Source: Chiloscyllium plagiosum
Taxonomy: Eukaryota
NCBI RefSeq assembly: GCF_004010195.1
Contig: NC_057754.1
Span: forward strand, 8,646,214-8,710,213
Length of the DNA stretch: 64,000 nt
Direction of reading: 5' to 3'
Below the pieces are notes generated by a model. That model did not search any database. It worked only from the letters and a program-made list of their open reading frames with translations, and was not told where the DNA came from. Made by a program: the position numbers and the translations under genes. This document shows, one piece after another, positions 25,521 through 37,904 of the stretch. Numbering within the stretch: position 1 is the stretch's first letter; every line of letters begins with the position of its first letter.

Positions 25521-26442
25521 CATTCAGTTGGCTTACTGTCCCACCCTTGCTATTATTGAGGCTCCTGGCAGCCATCACCATTTACCTCTGACACTTTTAA
25601 AATCATATTCAACCCCTTTCCTGCTTTTGACAAGTACTTTCCCCCTTTTGGTATGTTGACGGTCCTGGTACATCCAACCATTCGATCCAAAAATAATGTT
25701 TTGTATCTTTAATATTCTTGTGGCTTATCTGTTGTAAGGATGAAATACATTGGCTTCAATCCCTGTGACAAATATTCATCACCCCACAAACCTTCCCTGT
25801 TTATGTCTGTACCCGACATTTCACAACACTGTTGCTTATTTTGAACCTGACCTGATTTCTGACCCTACATCCTAACTATCTTCGCTCCTGCCAACTGCGC
25901 ACCATCTTTCTCTGTCTATTCATCAGTATTTCACTGAAATACTCTGCAGTTCCCGGTTTACATTTTGGGAAACCTCCCCGTTCCAAATCCAGATTTTCTG
26001 CAAAACTACACTGGCTGCATTTTAATCACCTGCAAATCTCTTACACCCACCCTTCCTGGCCTCGGCTCTGGCAATATTTAATCTTAATGATCTCATTATT
26101 TTTGTTTGCTTCTTCTTTCTGCTGGCTTTTCCAACCACGTTATTTTGCTGCCCTCCTCCCACGCTCCAGCAAGTATTTTACTTGATTTTTTAAAAATTCC
26201 CTTCCAAAGGAAATTTGTCTCTGGCTGGACCTCGACCTGGACATGATCCTTGGTTTAGTCGGGTCGCTTGCTTGTCTGTGCTTTGCCAATAGTTACGTGT
26301 GAACATCACTTTAAGCTGACCATCAGGAGCAACTCCCTCCAGCGTAACATAAAAGGTAAACCTCTCCAAGATGAAGGTGAGAGATATTTTGCATTTTTCT
26401 GCTGCTGTGAAACTTGTGGGGGTTCCGGTGCATTGGTTTAAC

Positions 26443-27128
26443 GTAGAACATTCCAGCGCGGTACAGGCCCTTTGGCCCACCATGTTGCGCCTACCAGTGG
26501 AACCAATCTGAAGCCCATCCAACCTACACTATTCCATTTTCATCCATATGTTTATCCAATGACCATTTAAATGCCCTTAAAGTTGGCGAGTCTACTACTG
26601 TTGCAGGCAGTGGGTTCCATGCCCCTACTACTCTCTGAGTAAAGAACCTACCTCTGACATCTGTCCTTTATCTATCACCCCTCAATTTAAAGCCATGTCC
26701 CTTCGTGCGAGCCATCACCACCCAAGGAAAAAGGCTCTCACTGCCCACCCTATCTAACCCTCTGATTATCTTATATGTCTCAATTAAATCACCTCTCAAC
26801 CTCTCTCAGATAAACAGCCTCAAGTCCCTCAGCCTTTCCTCATAAGACCTTCCCTCCATACCAGGCAACATCCTATTAAATCTCCTCTGAACCCTAACCT
26901 AAACTTCCAGATCATTCCTATAATGTGGTGACCAGAACTGTACGCAATACTCTGTACGCACCAGAGTTTTGTACAGCTGCAGCATGACCTCGTGGCTCCG
27001 AAACTCCATCCCTCTACCAATAAAAGCTAACACACAATATGCCATCTTAACAACTTTCAGGGATCTATGCACATGGACACTGAGATCGCTCTGCTCATCT
27101 AAACTACCAAGAATCTTACCATTAGTCC
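26443..27128 (-). mobile_element. CR1 LINE 3' fragment
   Basis: CR1 ORF2 C-terminal and tail motifs on the minus strand. Confidence 0.85.
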
Positions 27129-27187
27129 AAAGTTAAAAATCACACAACACCAGATTATAGTACAACTGGTTTATTTGGAAGCACTAG

Positions 27188-27840
27188 CTGTGTGGATCAG
27201 TGTGAGTAGGTCAGTGTGAGTGTGTCATTGTGTGTGGGGGTCAGTGTGAGTGCGTCTGTGCATATATGTCAGTGTGTGTGGGTCAGTGTGTGTGGGTCAG
27301 TGTGAGTGAGTCAGTGTGTGCATGTGTGTTTGTGAGAATATGCTAGTGTGGTGGGTCAGTGTGTGTGTGTGGATCAGTGTGTGTGTATGTTTGTGAGAAT
27401 GTGCTAGTGTGGTGGGTCAATGTGTATGTGAATCTGTGTGTGTGTGTGTGTTTTTGTGAGAATGTGTTTATGTATAGTTGCCTCAAAATCCTTAAATTGG
27501 TTGTCCATACGAAAAAATTGAAATAACACTGATTTACACACTGGCACATTCTCACAAACATACACGCACACACACACACACACACTAACCCACACACACA
27601 TACTGACCCATTCTCACAAACACACACATTGACCCACACACATACACTGACCCATTCTCACACACACACACAGACCCACACACACTCTGACCCATTCTCT
27701 CACACACACACTGACCCACACACACACACTGACCATTTCTCTCACACACACACAGACCCACACACATACTGACCCATTCTCACACACACACACTGACCCA
27801 TTCTCACACACACACACACACACTGACCCACACACTGGCA
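27188..27840. repeat. Inverted pair of compound TG-rich / CA-rich microsatellites
   Basis: 27188-27465 is built of GGGTCAGTGTG and TGTGAGAAT units; 27535-27840 of their reverse complements. Confidence 0.8.
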
Positions 27841-27927
27841 CATTAGAAAAATAATTAACACATTGAAGATTAATATTTCATATGAAGGGAAATATTAATC
27901 TTCAATGTGTTAATTACTTTTCTAATG
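27841..27927. repeat. Near-perfect inverted repeat (39-bp arms, 9-nt loop)
   Basis: CATTAGAAAAATAATTAACACATTGAAGATTAATATTTC / GAAATATTAATCTTCAATGTGTTAATTACTTTTCTAATG, one mismatch. Confidence 0.95.
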
Positions 27928-28176
27928 CAATCAGTATTTTCCAGTCTTTTGTCTTTTCCAATTAAGTATTATTAGGGAGTACATTCTATGACAGTAGGTC
28001 ACATCACAGTCATAATTTGTTTGTATTTTTCCATTTGCTTCTAACAATGTTGCAACCTTAATACTCCCACTGGGAGCTGACAGGATATATATTGATGCTT
28101 TTTGCAATCTGTCTCCTTAGAATTTTGTCCTAATTATTGTTGGCAGCACAAAGGATAGGATCATTTCAGTCAGAAA

Positions 28177-28243
28177 ATGCGTGAGACATTTTATAGCATT
28201 GCTAAGATCTATTACCTGATTATTGCCATCGTTGGTGCTCCTG
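28177..28243 (+). CDS. GPR139/142-related orphan GPCR gene B, exon 1 (MRETFYSIAKIYYLIIAIVGAP)
   Basis: cagaaaATG, 67 nt, donor CCTG|GTAAGT; homologous to exon 1 of gene A; too short for the ORF track. Confidence 0.85.
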
Positions 28244-28489
28244 GTAAGTGACAGTAGTTGTGCAACGCCGGGTTTTGAGCTGCTCTCTGTATTTGTCACT
28301 GATAATGTTATATGCTGGTCTGTGATCATATTAACGTGGGTGGCAAGCAGTGAACAATTTCATCAAACCAAATGATTTGAATTTTTTCTCCATTTCTTTT
28401 ATTGGACTGGGCAAGCACAGCACTTAGTGTGAATTTTCTGTGAAGCCCTTGGATGTGGGTGGTGTTGCCATCTTCGTCAGCTGAATCAG

Positions 28490-31007
28490 AACCCTAACCC
28501 CACTGCAGAATGATGTGCAGCTAACACTAAACCTAACATTAACCCTAACCCGAACCCTATCGCAGGATGGTGTGTGGTTTACCCTAACCCGAACCCTATT
28601 ACAGGATGGTGTGTGGTTTACCATAACCCGAACCCTATCGCAGGATGGTGTGTGGTTTACCCTAACCCAAACCCTATTACAGGAAGGTGTGTGGTTTACC
28701 ATAACCTGAACCCTATCACAGGATGATGTGTGGTTTACCCTAACCCGAACCCTATCACAGGATGGTGTGTAGTTTACCCTAACCCGAACCCTAACAGGAT
28801 GGTGTGTGGTTTACCCTAACCCGAACCCTATCACAGGATGGTGTGTGGTTTACCCTAACCCAAACCCTATCGCAGGATGGTGTGTGGTTTACCCTAACCC
28901 GAACCCTATCGCACGATGGTGTGTGGTTTACCCTAACCCAGACCCTATCACAGGATGGTGTGTGGTTTACCCTAACCTGGACCCTATCGCAGGATGGTGT
29001 GTGGTTTACCTTAACCCAAACCTTATCGCAGGATAGTGTGTGGTTAACCCTAACCCGAACCCTATCACAGGATGGTGCGTGGTTTACCCTAACCAGAACC
29101 CTATCACAGGATGGTGCGTGGTTTACCCTAACCCAAACCCTATCGCAGGATGGTGTGTGGTTTACCCTAACCCGAACCCTATCACAGGATGATGCGTCCG
29201 AACCCTATCACAGGATGGTGCGTGGTTTACCCTAACCCGGACCCTATCACAGGATGGTGTCTGGTTTACCCTAACCCAAACCCTATCACAGGATGGTGTC
29301 TGGTTTACCCTAACCCAAACCTTATCGCAGGATAGTGTGTGGTTAACCCTAACCCGGACCCTATCACAGGATGGTGTCTGGTTTACCCTAACCCGAACCC
29401 TATCACAGGATAGTGCGTGGTTAACCCTAACCCGAACCCTATCGCAGGATGGTGTGTGGTTTACCCTAACCCAAACCCTATTGCAGGATGGTGTGTGGTT
29501 TACCCTAACCCGAACCCTATCACAGGATGGTGTGTGGTTTACCCTAACCCGAACCCTATCACAGGATGGTGTGTGGTTAACCCTATCCTGAACCTTGTCG
29601 CAGGATGGTGTGTGGCCTAACTCTAAACCTTAACACTATCACAGGATCATGTGTGGCAGACTGTAACTCTGACCCCATCACAAGATGGTGTGTGCCTCAC
29701 CCTCACCTCATCTTTAACTTTGTCACAGGATAATGTGTGTCTTACCCTAACCTGAAGACTAAGCATAACCCTATCACAAGATGATATGTGGCTAGCCTGA
29801 ACCCTATCGCAGGATGATGTGTCATTAAACCTAACCCTTATCCAAACCAAGCCTTAGCTTTAACCCTGACCCTAATCTTAACTTTAACCTGAACCTATCA
29901 CAGGATGGTGTGTGGGTAATCATAACTCTGACCATATCACAGCATAGTGTGTGGCTTACTATGATTTTAACCTTAGTTCTATCACAGGATGGTGAGTCAC
30001 TTACACAAGCCCTAACCTTAAACCTAATCCTATCACAGGATGGCGTGTCACTTACACAAGCCCTAACCTTAACCCTAATCCTATCACAGGATGGCATGTC
30101 GCTTACACAAGCCCTAACCTTAACCCTAATCCTATCACAGGATGGCGTGTCGCTTACACAAGCCCTCATCTTAACCCTCATTCTATCGCAGGATGGTGTG
30201 CAATTTGGTCTAACCATAACCCTAATCCTATTGCAGGATGGTGTGCAGTTTGGTCTAACCATAACCCTAATCCTATTGCAGGATGGTCTGTGGTTTGCTC
30301 TAACCATAACCCTAATCCGGATGGTCTGTGGTTTGCTCTAACCATAACCCTAATCCTATCACAGGATGGTCTGCAGTTTGCTCTGACCATAACTTTAATC
30401 CTATCACAGGATGGTGTGTGGTTTGCTCTGACCATAACTAATCCCATCGCAGGATGGTGTGCGGTTTGCTCTGACCATAACTAATCCCATCGCAGGATGG
30501 TGTGCGGTTTGCTCTGACCATAACTAATCCCATCGCAGGATGGTGTGCGGTTTGCTCTGACCATAACTAATCCTATCGCAGGATGATATGTGGCTAACCC
30601 TAACCTTAAACCTAACTCTATCGCAGGATGGTGTGTGGCTAACCCTAACCCTAATCCAAGCCCAAACGTAAGTCTTAACCCTGACCCTAAACTTAATCCT
30701 GCCTCAAAATTAAATCCTGACTCTAACTCTAACCCCAGCCCTAAACGTAATCTTAATCCAAGCCCAAACACTAGCCCTAACCCGAACCCAAAACCTGATT
30801 CAAATTCTACCTTTAATCCTGACCCTGAGTCAAACTCTAATCCGAACTCAAACCTAACCCTAACCGATCACCAAACCATAACCTTAACACTAACCTTAAC
30901 GCAAACCCAAACCAAAACACCAACCCTAACCATAACCCAAACCCAAATCCAATCCCCAATCCCTAACACTAACCCTCTCCCTCGCCCTAACCCTCTGCCT
31001 AACCCTG
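28490..31007. repeat. Telomere-like minisatellite array (39, 51, 45 and 43-bp units) ending in degenerate (CCCTAA)n
   Basis: Unit ACCCTAACCCGAACCCTATCACAGGATGGTGTGTGGTTT; hexamer variants from ~30590 to 31005. Confidence 0.92.
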
Positions 31008-31394
31008 TGGCAGGTGATAGCATTCTTATGTACCTGTTGCCTGTGCCCTTCTCAAGTTGTAAAGTATTGTCAAAGGAGCCTTACGGAGCTGGTGAAGAGC
31101 ATCTCAATGGTGAACGAAATCAATGTTTAGTAATGGAGTGCTAATCAACTGGGATCCTGTGTCTTGGATGGTATTGATTTTCTTGAGTGTTATTGGAGCT
31201 GCACCCCTCCACATAAGAGGAGAGTATTCCGTCGCAGTGCTAATTTGTGCTTTTTAAATGGTGCACTAACATCGGCCGTTTCACCACAGAATTCCCAGCC
31301 TTTCACTTGCTCTTGTAGACTCAATATTTCTGTGCTTAGTCTAGCTCCAGTTCTGATCAATGGTAACCCACAGGATGTAGATACTCAGCCATTA

Positions 31395-31585
31395 CATAGA
31401 CCATAGAACATTTCAGCACAGTACAGGCTCTTCGGCCCTCAATGTTGCACCTACCTGTAGAACCAATGTGAAGCCCATCTATCCTACACAATTCCATTTT
31501 CATCCATAAGTTTATCAATGACCATTTAAATGCCCTTAAAGTTGGTGAGTCTACTGCAGGAAGCGCATTCCACAGCCCTACTACT
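31395..31585 (-). mobile_element. CR1 3' end
   Basis: VVGLWNALPAV..AFKWSL motif and tail. Confidence 0.75.
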
Positions 31586-31606
31586 TCCCATAATGGCAAT
31601 GCCATT

Positions 31607-31922
31607 GTGGGCGGCACGGTGGCACAGTGGTTAGCACTGCTGCCTCACAGCGCCAGAGATCCGGGTTCAATTCCCGCCTCAGGCGACTGACTGTGTGGAG
31701 TTTGCACGTTCTCCCTGTGTCTGCATGGGTTTCCTCCGGGTGCTCCGGTTTCCTCCCACAGTCCAAAGATGTGCAGGTCAGGTGAATTGGCCATACTAAG
31801 TTGCCCGTAGTGTTAGGTAAGGGGTAAATGTAGGGGTATGGGTGGGTTGCGCTTCGGCGGGGCAGTGTGGACTTGTTGGGCCGAAGGGCCTGTTTCCACA
31901 CTGTAAGTAATCTAATCTAATC
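31607..31922 (+). mobile_element. HE1-type SINE (young)
   Basis: Near-identical to the copies at 8893 and 48662. Confidence 0.92.
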
Positions 31923-33092
31923 GAATATCTGGAGGTAGTCATTGCCTGGCACTCGTGGGGGTGCGAGTGCTACTTGCAACTCCTCAGCCCAAGCCTGGAT
32001 ATTATCCGTGTCTTTCTACGAATGGTATTTCAGACTCTGAGGAGTTGGAAACGCTGCTGAACATCAGTGAATGTGCACTTCTGGCATTATGAACAAAGGT
32101 CACCGATGAAAGCTGCTGAAGGTGTTTGGGCCGTGAGGGTCAAGTCCTGGAGCTGAGGTAATTGACCACCAACAAAAACAACTTGCGTCCTTTGTGCGAG
32201 GCATGCCTCTTACAGGAGCGAGGGTTAACCCTGATCGCCATTGACTCCGGCTCTGGCAGGGCACCGTGTAGCCACGTTTGGTAGATGATGTCAAGGGCAG
32301 CACTCTACCTCATTTGAATAGAAAATACTTCCTTCGTGAATCAACAGCCTCCATTGCAGCAGGGGGTGTCGAGGGAGCACGAGCCAGGGAGCAGCTGGGA
32401 AGGTCATTTGAATATAAAATACCTGCCTAGTGAATCAGCAGAGGCTGAACAGGAGTGGAAGGGGACAGGGACTGCTGGGTAAATGAGCTAATATGTTTGG
32501 GCAGGGGCTAACAGCACATGTAGTTGCCTCCCATCCATCCTCCTCCTCTAACCACACAAAAAAAAGACTCTGTCTAGAGAGTTAGTAAGGTAAGGTTCTT
32601 TATTTCTAGCTGCTTTGGCAACTTTGAGCAGAAGGGGTTGGAGGGTAGGGCAGTTGCATGCTCCTCCTGCAGGATGTGGCAGGTAAGGGTCACCACTGGT
32701 GTCCCTGCTGACTTCTGAGAAATACACCCAACTCCAGCTCCTCACAGAACGGGTTAGGGAACTGCAACTGAAGCTGGATAAACTTCGGATCATTTGGGAT
32801 GCTGCGGAGACAATAAAGAGAGGTTATAGGGAGGCAGTCGCACTAAGTTACAGGATAAAGGTAGCTGGGTGACTATCAGGAGAGCGACAGGGAATAGGCA
32901 GGCAGTGCAGGGACCCCACCCCCATGGCTGTTCACCTCAATAATAAGGTATACTTCTTTGGATACTGTTGAGGGGGGTGTGGAACTACCAGAGGGAAGCC
33001 ACAGCGGCCAGCTCTCTGACATTGAGTATGACTCTGTGGCTCAGACAGGAATGGGGGAGAATAGGAGAGCAATGGTGATAGGAGATTCAATG

Positions 33093-33592
33093 GAAAGATG
33101 TTGTGAAATTTGAAAGAGTTCAGAAAAGATTTACAAGGATGTTGCCAGGGTTGGAGGATCTGAGCTACAGGGAGAGGCTGAACAGGCTGGGGCTGTTTTC
33201 CCTGGAGCATCGGAGGCTGAGGGGTGACCCTATAGAGGTTTACAAAATTATGAGGTGCATGGATAGGATAAATAGACAAAGTCTTTTCCCTGCGGTCGAG
33301 GTGTCCAAACCTAGAGGGCATAAGTTTAGGGTGAGAGGGGGAAGATATAAAAGAGACCTAAGGGGCAACTTTTTCACACAGAGGGTGGTACGTGTATGGA
33401 ATGAGCTGCCAGAGGATGTGGTAGAGGCTGGTACAATTGCAACATTTAAGAGGCATTTGGATGGGCATATGAATAGGAAGGGTTTGGAGGGATATGGGAC
33501 TAGATTGGGTTGGGATATCTGGTCGGCATGGACGGGTTGGACCGAAGGGTCTGTTTCCATGCTGTACATCTCTATGACTCTATGGCTGTATG
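33093..33592 (+). mobile_element. Young CR1/HER1 3' fragment nested in ORF1 of the older CR1
   Basis: ORF 33103-33729 N-terminal part; GACTCTAT tail. Confidence 0.88.
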
Positions 33593-35592
33593 ACACAGAC
33601 AGGAGATTCTGTGGTCACAAGCGAGACTCCCAGATGGTATGTTGCCTCACGGGTGCCAGGGTCAGGGATATCTCGATTGAACCTACAGGGGGAGGCAGAG
33701 CAGCCAAAAGTTGTGGTACACATCCGTAGCAATAACATAGCCAGGAAAAGTGTTGAGGATCTGAAAAGAGAATATAAGGAGTTAGGTTGGAAGCTAAAAG
33801 GCAGGATGAAACAGTAGTAATCTCATGATTACTACCAGTGCCATGGGCTAGTGAGGTGAGGAACAGAGAGTGAGTGCAGGTGAAAATGTAGTTGCAGAAG
33901 GATGGAGGCCTTCAGATATGTGGATCACTGGGATACCTTCTAGGGAAGGCGGGACCTGTACAAGAAGGATGAGTTGAACCTGAACTGGAAGGGTACCAAT
34001 ATCCTGGGTGGGAGGTTTGCTAGAACTCTTTGGGATAGTATAAACTAGTTTGGCAGGAGGATGAGAACCAGAGCTCTGAATCAGAGGATATGGTAATTGG
34101 TGAACAGGCAGACACAGCATGCAGAGAGTCTGTAAGGAAGAATAGTTGATAGGGCAAGATTACAGTCAGTGTGATGGGTTGAAGTGTGTCTATTTTACTG
34201 CAAGAAATGTATAAGGGAAAAAGGGTGATGAACATAGAGCATGGATCAGTACTTGGAGCTACGATGTTGTGGCTGTTACGGAGACTTGGATATCACAGGG
34301 ACGGGAATGGTTGTTGGACATTCTGGGTTGAGATGTTTTGAAAGGAATGGGGAGAGAGGAAAAAGAGGTGGGGGAGTGGCATTGCTAATCAGGGATAGGA
34401 TCACAGCCACAGAAAGGAGGTCATCGAGGAGGGTTTGTCTACAGAGTCGGTATGGGAGCAAGTCATAAACAGGAAAGGAGCAGTCACTTTATTGGGAGAT
34501 TTCTGTTGAACCCCCTAATAACAACATAGACACCGAGGAGCAGACTGGGAGGTAGAGTTTGGAAAGATGCAGAAGTAACAAGGTTGTTGTCATGGGTGAC
34601 TTCAACTTCCCTCTTATTGATTAGAACCTCCTTAGTACAAATAGTTTAGACTGAGCAGAATTTGTCAGGTGTGTCCAGTAAGGATTTCTGACTCAATATG
34701 TAGGTAGGCCAACGAGAGGAGAGGCCATATTGGATTTGGTGCTTGGCAACAAACCAGGTCAGGAGTCAGATCTCTCAGTGGGAGAGCATTTTGGTAATAC
34801 TGATCACAACTCCCTGACTTTTACTATACTCATGGAGAGGGATAGAAGCAGACAGTATGGGAAAGTATTTAATTGGGGGAGGGAGAAGAACAATGCTATT
34901 GGGCAGGAATTGTGGAGCATAAATTAGGAGCAGATATTCTTAGGGAAATGCACGACAGAAATGTGGAAATTGTTTACGAAGTACCTGCTGCAAATGCTGG
35001 ATAGGTTTGTCCCACTGAGGCATGGAACAGATGGTAGGGTAAGGAACTTTGGGTGACAAGAGATGTAGAACATCTAGCCAAGATGAAGAAGAAAGCTTGT
35101 TTAAGGTTGAGGAAGCAAGGATCAGACAGGGCTCTGGAGGGTGACAAGGGAGCCAGGAAGGAACTGAAGAATGGACTCAGGAGAGCAAGAAGGAAGACAT
35201 GAGAAAGCTTTAGCAGGTAGGATTAAGGAAAACACTAAGACATTCTACACTTACATGAGGAACAAGAGGATGGCCAGAGTGTGGGCAGGGCTGATCAGGG
35301 ATAGTGGAGGAAACTTATGCCTGGAGTCAGAGGAGATGGGAGGCCATTAATGAATGTTTTGCTTCAGTAATTCACTAGTGAGACTGACTGTGTCTTCTGT
35401 GATGAAAGAGTGAAATAGGCTGATACTCTCAAAGAGGTTAACGTTAAGAAGGAGGATATGCTCAAAAGTTTGAAAAACAAGAGGGTTATGCTGCAGTTCT
35501 ATAAAGCCCTGGTTAGACCACACTTGGAATATTGTATTTAGTTGGTCACCTCATTATAGGAAGAATGTGGAAGCTGAGAGAGGGTGCAGAGA

Positions 35593-35856
35593 TTTAGATT
35601 GGATTCCCTACAGTGTCAAAACAGGCCCTTCGGCCCAACAAGTCCACACCAACCCTCCAAAGAGCAACCCACCCAGACCCATTTCCCTCTGACTAATGCA
35701 TCTAACACTATGGGAAATTTAGTATGGCCAATTCACCTGACTTGCACATCTTTGGACTGTGGGAGGAAACCAAAGCACAGATAGTCACCCAAAGCTGGAA
35801 TAGAACCTGGGTCCCTGGTGCTGTGAGGGTAACCACTGAGCCACCGTGCCGCCCCC
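35593..35856 (-). mobile_element. HE1-type SINE
   Basis: Reverse complement of HE1 head and tail. Confidence 0.85.
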
Positions 35857-36576
35857 AATTATCAGGATGCTGCCTGGTCTAGAGGGCAGGACTTATGAAG
35901 AAAGTTTGAGGGAGTTAGGGCTTTTTTTCATTGGAGTGAAGAAGGATAAGAGGTGACTTGATGGGAAGCATAGATGGAGTGAATAGTCGGAGACTTTTTC
36001 CCAGGGGGGGAAATGCCTATCATGAGAGGATATAATTTTCAGGTGATTAGAGGAAGGTTTAGGGGCGACGTCAGAAGTCAGTACTTTACACAGAGCGTGG
36101 TGGGAGCATGGAATGCACTACCAGCAGTGGTAAAAGAGTCAGATACATTAGGGACATTTAAGCATCTCTTGGATAGGCACATGGATGATAATAAAATGAA
36201 GGGTACATAGGTTAGTTTGATCTTAGAGTAGGATAAAAGGTTGGCACAGCACTGAGGGCTGAAGGGTCTGTGTTGTGCTGTACTGTTCTGTGTTCTTCAC
36301 TCTTTTGTGAATGTTTGGACTAAGGCAGTGATACAGTCAGGAGCTAAATGGCCCTGGCTGACTCCGAATGCCTGTCAATGCCGGTAGATGCTGTTTGACA
36401 AGTATTACTTCCATCACTTTGCTGATGCAGGCAAATCATTAATTGTAACTCATGACAGCTGAATTCCCATGTTAGCACAATATCGGTTCAGACCTCAGTG
36501 CAAGGAAGGTGTTACTGAGAGATCATACCTACTCAAAACGATACTTCTGAAAAGCCAGCACAAATGTCTGACACCT

Positions 36577-36706
36577 GTCTGAAGAAGAGTCATACTGGAC
36601 TCGAAACATTAAATCCGTTTCTCTCTCCACAGATGCTGCCAAACCTGCTGAGTTTCTCCATCATTGCCTGTATTTGTTTCAGATTTGCAACATCAACCGA
36701 ATTTTG
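36577..36706 (+). mobile_element. PLE-derived short repeat with hammerhead motif
   Basis: CTGAAGA-A-GAGTC-ATACTG-GACTC-GAAAC-ATT followed by CAGATGCTGCC body. Confidence 0.7.
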
Positions 36707-37214
36707 CTGGGAGCATCTGGTCTGTCAGAGTGTATGTTCCTCACTGGAATGAAACAGGAAATCATTGCTGTATATCGGATCTCTCCACTCCATTCTTGAA
36801 CAAAGGAAATTCCTGTTGTTAGTCCTTATGTGAATTAATGTAAAATGTGTTTCTATTTTTCTGTTTTCCATTGACCTTCTCCAGCAAAAAAAAAGTTGTC
36901 ATGGAAACAGCATTATGATGACACGCAACTCCTTAATAAAGTAACATTCCTTATTCTGAGAACTGATATTGTAGACACTTCATTTGTTTTCGAGTTGAGT
37001 CATCCTTTGTCAGATCCTGAGAATCTGTTGGCTGTTGTTACTGACTTTCATCCTCCCCCTAAGACAGAGTCATGAATGTTTGGAACTGATTATGGTTTGA
37101 CAGGTCAGCTCTCACTGATCATTGGTCCTTTTGTTTGTAACTGTACCAACACCTAGTTGAGTAAGATGTTTTCCTGACAGCAGAGGTGCCTATAGCTGTG
37201 ACCATACAGAGATC

Positions 37215-37776
37215 AAAAGGCCTAACAATGTCTCTGCTTCCTCAGGCAGCTGAGGAAATTTTGCATGACGGCGAATACCCTCGCCAACGTTTATAAGTGC
37301 GCCATTGAGGGCATTCTGTCTGGATGTATCACTGCCTGGTATGGTAACTGTAGCATTCAAGATCGGAGATGGTTACAGATAGTGGTGAACTCGGTCCGAA
37401 CAGTCATAAAGGCCAATGTCCCATCTATAGAATCCATCTACCAGGCCTGCTGTTCATGAAAGGCCACCAGCATTCTCAAAGATCCATCCCACCCTGGCAA
37501 TGTTTTTCTCCAACCTCTACCATCAGGGAGAAGGTACAGAAGCCTGAACACACCACCAGCCAGTTTTGTAACAGTTTCTACCCTATTGTTGTTAGAATAC
37601 TGAATGGACTCACAAACTCTTAACATTCGCCTGTACCTGTGTTTTTGTTTTTGCCGCTGTTTACCTGTTATTTACTTACCTATGCAACTTAACTCTGTGA
37701 TCTGCCTGTATGCTTGCAAGACAAAGCTTTTCACTGTGCCTTGATACAGGTGACAATAAATTCAATTCAATTCAAT
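37215..37776 (+). mobile_element. Rex1/Babar-like LINE 3' fragment
   Basis: YKCAIEGILSGCITAWYGNCS..DRR.LQ.VV and DPSHP..LPSGRRYRS motifs; AATAAA(TTCAA)n tail. Confidence 0.8.
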
Positions 37777-37904
37777 ACAGTGAAAATGGCATTCCTAAAA
37801 TTCTCTTGATGAGCGTAATAGTTCATAGTTCTCAGGTCTGATGTAATCTGGCTTAAAAATAATTACTAGCATAAAAATGTTTTTTTTATAATAAAAAGAT
37901 TTTT

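Larger units (their letters stand above)
32310..36296 (+). mobile_element. Long degraded CR1 LINE with 5' UTR, ORF1 (esterase-like), APE endonuclease and 3' end; RT core deleted near 35485
   Basis: VVVHIRSNNI (ORF1), RGGGVALLIR, VVMGDFN, LDLVLGN, DHN (APE); 3' FTQSVVGAWNALP. Confidence 0.8.

Noticed and set aside
25560..26440. Possible further retroelement or exon
   Set aside because: No motif I could assign with confidence.
28545..30600. CRISPR-like appearance of a constant core with intervening sequence
   Set aside because: Intervening sequences are repeats of each other, not unique spacers; eukaryotic context with no cas genes.
28424..31144. Long repetitive ORFs (TLTRTLSQDGVWF, NPNP-rich)
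   Set aside because: By-products of a tandem repeat with periods divisible by 3; open in several frames on both strands and intronic.
10758..36610. Selection against sense-strand hammerheads in GPCR introns (all three are mutated)
   Set aside because: Too few cases, changes are compatible with neutral decay, and a perfect sense copy exists in the probable ZNF intron.
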